A DNA stretch of 64,000 bases from Candidatus Bathyarchaeota archaeon (lineage in GTDB: Archaea > Thermoproteota > Bathyarchaeia > TCS64): positions 1-64,000 of the forward strand of contig CAVYLP010000002.1 of assembly GCA_963769425.1 (NCBI GenBank), given 5' to 3'. The notes under the pieces were generated by a model. It saw only the letters and a list, made by a program, of their open reading frames with translations, did not search any database and was not told the origin of the DNA. Made by a program: the position numbers and the translations under genes. Below, in pieces: positions 60,342 to 64,000 of this stretch (its first letter is position 1; every line of letters begins with the position of its first letter).

Positions 60342-61928
60342 TTAAAACATAGCGACTGGCCGCCCGTTTACTATTCTCTCTGAAGCGACGCCCGTGATCT
60401 CTACATCAATGACCCTCCCCTCCATCGGTTCGGGTGACTCGATGAGCACTACTGGGCCGTGCTTGAGAGGATAGGCGACCAGCAGTCTTCGGTTCCGGTC
60501 GAACCTCTCGGCGACAACGACGCGTATCACCTTGCCTACCATGCTCTCCTTCGCTCCCATGTTCGCCTTAGCTGCCGCCTCGTGGATTCTCCTGCTCCCC
60601 GGATCACTTACATTTGGAGGAGCTGATGGAAACAAACTGAAGGCGGACATCGGCAGGGACTGGAATCTGTATAGAATGATGCGCTCCGCTCCCTCGTCCC
60701 TGCTGTCCTCGATGGCCCTGACAGTCTCATTGACGGTCTCCTCCGTTTGCCCGGGTAGGCCATGAATGAAGTAGACGTAAGGCTTCATACCCGCCCTCCT
60801 AAGTCGCCCGATCGCTGCGAGGGTTTCCCTCGGCGTCGAGGGTCTGCCCATAAGTTCACTGTGCGTTTCCGACCCGGTCTCGAATCCGATGCTAACCGGG
60901 GTACCAGCTAAGTATTTCCCGAGGAGCCTCGCCGCCTTCTCAGTGACTAGGGAGGCCTTAATGTTCTCGATCATGATGGCGGCGGTCTCCTCCTTCATCC
61001 GTGGAATATCCATCAAAGAGGACAATAGTTTCTCGATCTCACCATAGTTGGGTTCGGGGCTCCTCGGGTCGGTGAGGGGCTCGGGCTCGACGAGTAGATC
61101 CCTGCCATAGTCGAGGAAGCATGGGGCACTGAGAACGACCCGACTCACCCCCTCCTCCAATAGGGCGACAACCTCCTCCTTGATTCCGCCCGCTGAGCGG
61201 CTCTTAGGGGGGCCGTAGAGACTGGGGACGGAACAGTAACCACAACCAGGAGGGGTACCAATGGGACAATCGTATCTCTCAAGCAGGGAACCTCTCCGAC
61301 ACACACCGCATGATTCACAGTCCCCACCTAATAGCGACCGATGATAGTTGCTGCATCCCCTCAACACCTCGACGTATACTCTGGCTGAACGATACAGTGT
61401 GTAGCCTTTGATTGTCGAGGTCGATGGCTTGTACCCATCGAAGGTCTGCCGAGGCATGACCCCCCTAAGCTGGGTTATCTCGACGCCGCTTCTCGTTTTG
61501 AAGGCTAACCCTCTGATCTTCCTCAGCGAATCCTCGTTAGGCAATTCCCCACTCGCGAGCCCCGCCTCCAGTAGCTCCGACAGGGTCTCCTCCCCCTCAC
61601 CTATAATGGCAAGGTCGCACCCTGTCCTCCTGAGCGCCTGCTCCGGGTCGGAGGTGACTGGACCGCCGATCAAAACCGGGCCTCCCTCCCAGCGTGATAC
61701 CACCTTCCGGATCGATGGTATATCTCCCGTCATCCCACTGACCATTAGCAGGTTGAACCCACTCGGGAAGTCACCGGTCAGGATGACCTCCGCCTCAAAT
61801 ATCGACACAGTAATGTCCCTGGACTCTAAGATACCAGCTACCGCCCTCGGGCCGGCCCCGATGGCGTCCCTCGTCACCTTCCTCTCCCCCTTACCAGAGG
61901 CAAGGGCGTCGACTATCAGAGACTTCAC
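60342..61928 (-). CDS. radical SAM protein with B12-binding-like N-terminus and TRAM-like C-terminus
   Basis: IGGP, GEGE, EVLRGCSN...GCGYC, SR, GFETGS, GLPGQT; GTG at 61928. Confidence 0.88.
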   Translation of the reverse strand: MKSLIVDALASGKGERKVTRDAIGAGPRAVAGILESRDITVSIFEAEVILTGDFPSGFNLLMVSGMTGDIPSIRKVVSRWEGGPVLIGGPVTSDPEQALRRTGCDLAIIGEGEETLSELLEAGLASGELPNEDSLRKIRGLAFKTRSGVEITQLRGVMPRQTFDGYKPSTSTIKGYTLYRSARVYVEVLRGCSNYHRSLLGGDCESCGVCRRGSLLERYDCPIGTPPGCGYCSVPSLYGPPKSRSAGGIKEEVVALLEEGVSRVVLSAPCFLDYGRDLLVEPEPLTDPRSPEPNYGEIEKLLSSLMDIPRMKEETAAIMIENIKASLVTEKAARLLGKYLAGTPVSIGFETGSETHSELMGRPSTPRETLAAIGRLRRAGMKPYVYFIHGLPGQTEETVNETVRAIEDSRDEGAERIILYRFQSLPMSAFSLFPSAPPNVSDPGSRRIHEAAAKANMGAKESMVGKVIRVVVAERFDRNRRLLVAYPLKHGPVVLIESPEPMEGRVIDVEITGVASERIVNGRPVAMF

Positions 61929-62009
61929 GTATGAGCCCCCACGGCGTCTCGTGATAAATGTTCCCAGCGCAAGATAGTGATAAATCAACGCTCCATAATA
62001 CCCTTAGCC

Positions 62010-63041
62010 ATGACTGCTATCCCTCTCTCCATCATCGCCGCCATAGCCTTCTCCTTCACTATCTCGTACCTCAGCATACCTATATTCAACAGATTCATGG
62101 TCGCCGCGGGGATAGTCGGCAGGGACATCATGAAGCGCGGGGGGAAGCCGATCCCCGACATGGGCGGGCCGGGAGTAGTTACTGGTTTCCTCGCGGGGAT
62201 ATTCATCTTCATCGGCTTCGAGGTATTCGCCCTAAAGAACTCAACCGACCTCATCAACATCCTCGCGAGCCTGAACACCATACTGATCATAACCCTGATC
62301 GGAATATTCGACGTGCTGACCTCTCTCATGAAGCAAAAGGAGGGTCTCGGCATCTTCGAGAGGCTGAAGAGGCGGGGCATCCCCTCGTGGTTCTACTTCT
62401 TCATACCCCTGCCAGCCGCCGTTCCACTGATGGCTGTGAATGCGGGTGTAACCTTCATGTCCCTGCCCTTCATTGGGAGGGTCGAGCTAGGGTTGATCTA
62501 TCCACTCGTGCTCGTCCCACTGGCTGTCCTCTGCTGCTCGAACGCGACAAACTTCCTCGCCGGCTTCAACGGATTAGAGGCGGGAATGGGCCTAGTCCTA
62601 CACCTCTCACTGGGTATCTTCGCGTTGATGAGCAACAGGCTGGCCGCGGCCGCCCTCGCCCTCATCTTCGCGGCCGCACTAGCCTCCTTCCTCAGATATA
62701 ACTGGTACCCGGGCAAGGTCTTCCCCGGCGACCTTAACTACACTATAGGTGCCGTTGCTGCCTGCGTCACCGTGCTCGGTAACATGGAGAAGTTCGCGAT
62801 CCTATGCTTCACACCCTGGATAATCGAGGCGGTGTTGAAGGCGCTGTCTGGCTTCAAGGCAGAGACCTTCGGTATTCTTCAGGAAGATGGGACCGTCAAG
62901 CCGAGGGAGCCGAAGATACGCTCCCTGACACACATCATAATGAGGGCGGGGCGCTTCACCGAGAAGCAGGTTACCACGATCCTCATCGGGCTCGAGGTCG
63001 CCGTCTGCTTGCTCGCGTTCTCGATAATACACCTCATCTAG
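62010..63041 (+). CDS. aglH: UDP-GlcNAc:dolichyl-phosphate GlcNAc-1-phosphotransferase (AglH/Alg7-like)
   Basis: GRDI.K, P.MGG, NATNFLAGFNGLE, YNWYP.KVFPGD. Confidence 0.88.
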   Translation: MTAIPLSIIAAIAFSFTISYLSIPIFNRFMVAAGIVGRDIMKRGGKPIPDMGGPGVVTGFLAGIFIFIGFEVFALKNSTDLINILASLNTILIITLIGIFDVLTSLMKQKEGLGIFERLKRRGIPSWFYFFIPLPAAVPLMAVNAGVTFMSLPFIGRVELGLIYPLVLVPLAVLCCSNATNFLAGFNGLEAGMGLVLHLSLGIFALMSNRLAAAALALIFAAALASFLRYNWYPGKVFPGDLNYTIGAVAACVTVLGNMEKFAILCFTPWIIEAVLKALSGFKAETFGILQEDGTVKPREPKIRSLTHIIMRAGRFTEKQVTTILIGLEVAVCLLAFSIIHLI

Positions 63042-63050
63042 GTGCTGAAT

Positions 63051-64000
63051 TTGGGGAAAAGGGTCCTGATTCTGGCCGGCGGTGGGGGCCACACGAGCAT
63101 AGCCCTAGCACTCGCCCAGGCGCTGAGGGGGAAGGCCGAGACCTCCTTTCTGATCCCCGAGAGGGACAGGCTTAGCGGTGAGCTGCTTTCCCCCTACGGA
63201 CCTGTTAAGGAGCTGATCAAGGGGAGGTACCCGCAGACGTCTAACCTCCTCTTTCCCTTCCGCCTCGCGGCGTCGTTCTACCACTCATTCCCGTTGGTGA
63301 AAGTGGATTACGATGTAGTTGTTTCATCCGGCAGCAACTTCTGCATACCCCCAGCCATCATCGCATGGCTTAAGTCCATACCCGTCATAAATATAGAGAG
63401 CCGGGTCGCCATAACCAAGCCCTCCAAGACCGCCCGACTCCTCCAGCACTTCTCAAGGAGGACACTGCTCCAGTGGGAGGAGCAGAAGAAGAACCTCGAA
63501 GGCGTCGTCACGGGGCCGATCTTTCCCGAGAAGAGGTACGAAGCGAGGGACCTAGGGTACGTTCTCGTGACGGGCGGGACCGAGGGCCACAAGCAGCTCT
63601 TCGACGCCATCGTAGAACTTGACTTGGAGAAGGTGGTAATGCAGACGGGGAAGGTTGACCCCGCGCCGTATCGTGAGAAGCACCCGAACTGGACAATCAT
63701 CCCCTACTCGAACGAGTTCGAGAAGCTTGTCGCCGAATCATCGATCGTAATAACACATCAGGGCGGGGGGACCATCTTCGAGGCGCTCCTCTACGAGAAG
63801 CCGCTCATAATCGTCTTCAACCCTGAGCTCACGAGGGCGGCGAACATGGAGGATATGCTCGTGTTGGCTAGGAAAGTGGAGGCGCCTTTCCTCGAAGTGG
63901 TTGACGGAGCCAAGATTAAGTCCCTGATACAAAAGGCTGAATCCCACAAGAAACCCCATTTCGAGAACGGTCGAGTCAAGGCCGCGGAAGTAATACTCGA
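63051..64000 (+). CDS. Alg14-Alg13 fusion-type GlcNAc transferase (Agl24-like), runs off window
   Basis: Own translation: AGGGGHT, GSNF, NIES, LLQWEEQ, VTGGT.G, QTG, ITHQGGGT, KPLIIV.N. Confidence 0.85.
   Translation, partial: MGKRVLILAGGGGHTSIALALAQALRGKAETSFLIPERDRLSGELLSPYGPVKELIKGRYPQTSNLLFPFRLAASFYHSFPLVKVDYDVVVSSGSNFCIPPAIIAWLKSIPVINIESRVAITKPSKTARLLQHFSRRTLLQWEEQKKNLEGVVTGPIFPEKRYEARDLGYVLVTGGTEGHKQLFDAIVELDLEKVVMQTGKVDPAPYREKHPNWTIIPYSNEFEKLVAESSIVITHQGGGTIFEALLYEKPLIIVFNPELTRAANMEDMLVLARKVEAPFLEVVDGAKIKSLIQKAESHKKPHFENGRVKAAEVIL

Overview
Archaeal chromosomal window. Gene content and synteny suggest TACK, probably Bathyarchaeia (inference). Core blocks: proteasome/exosome operon (psmA-SBDS-rrp4-rrp41-rrp42-rpl37ae-pcc1); RNase P proteins-rpoN-rps2-mevalonate/isoprenoid genes-gltX-r-proteins; porGDAB; gcvTH; pyrF; rpoP with a long rpoH; aglH with an Alg14/13-type gene; three intron-less tRNAs (Ser-GCT, Arg-TCG, Leu-CAG). 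Most notable: (1) an accessory island at 22.4-26.4 kb cut into modules by five same-orientation ~20-bp palindromic sites (TAGCCTCAGTGTAACTCTGA) resembling recombinase sites, i.e. a candidate gene-cassette array; (2) two TPP riboswitches, one with a readable expression platform, controlling a thiamine locus that includes a PurM-like/ThiN fusion and a methyltransferase; (3) an unassigned structured RNA downstream of palindromic operators at 14.8 kb; (4) a GATC-dense G-string repeat cluster beside an AT-rich tract (candidate oriC); (5) eukaryote-like proteins: two-domain RPB5-like RpoH, an OSTC/DC2 homolog and an Alg7+Alg13/14 pair; (6) an apparently bipartite ThyX. Several genes are frameshifted or decayed. 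All calls come from motif recognition by eye; no searches were run.
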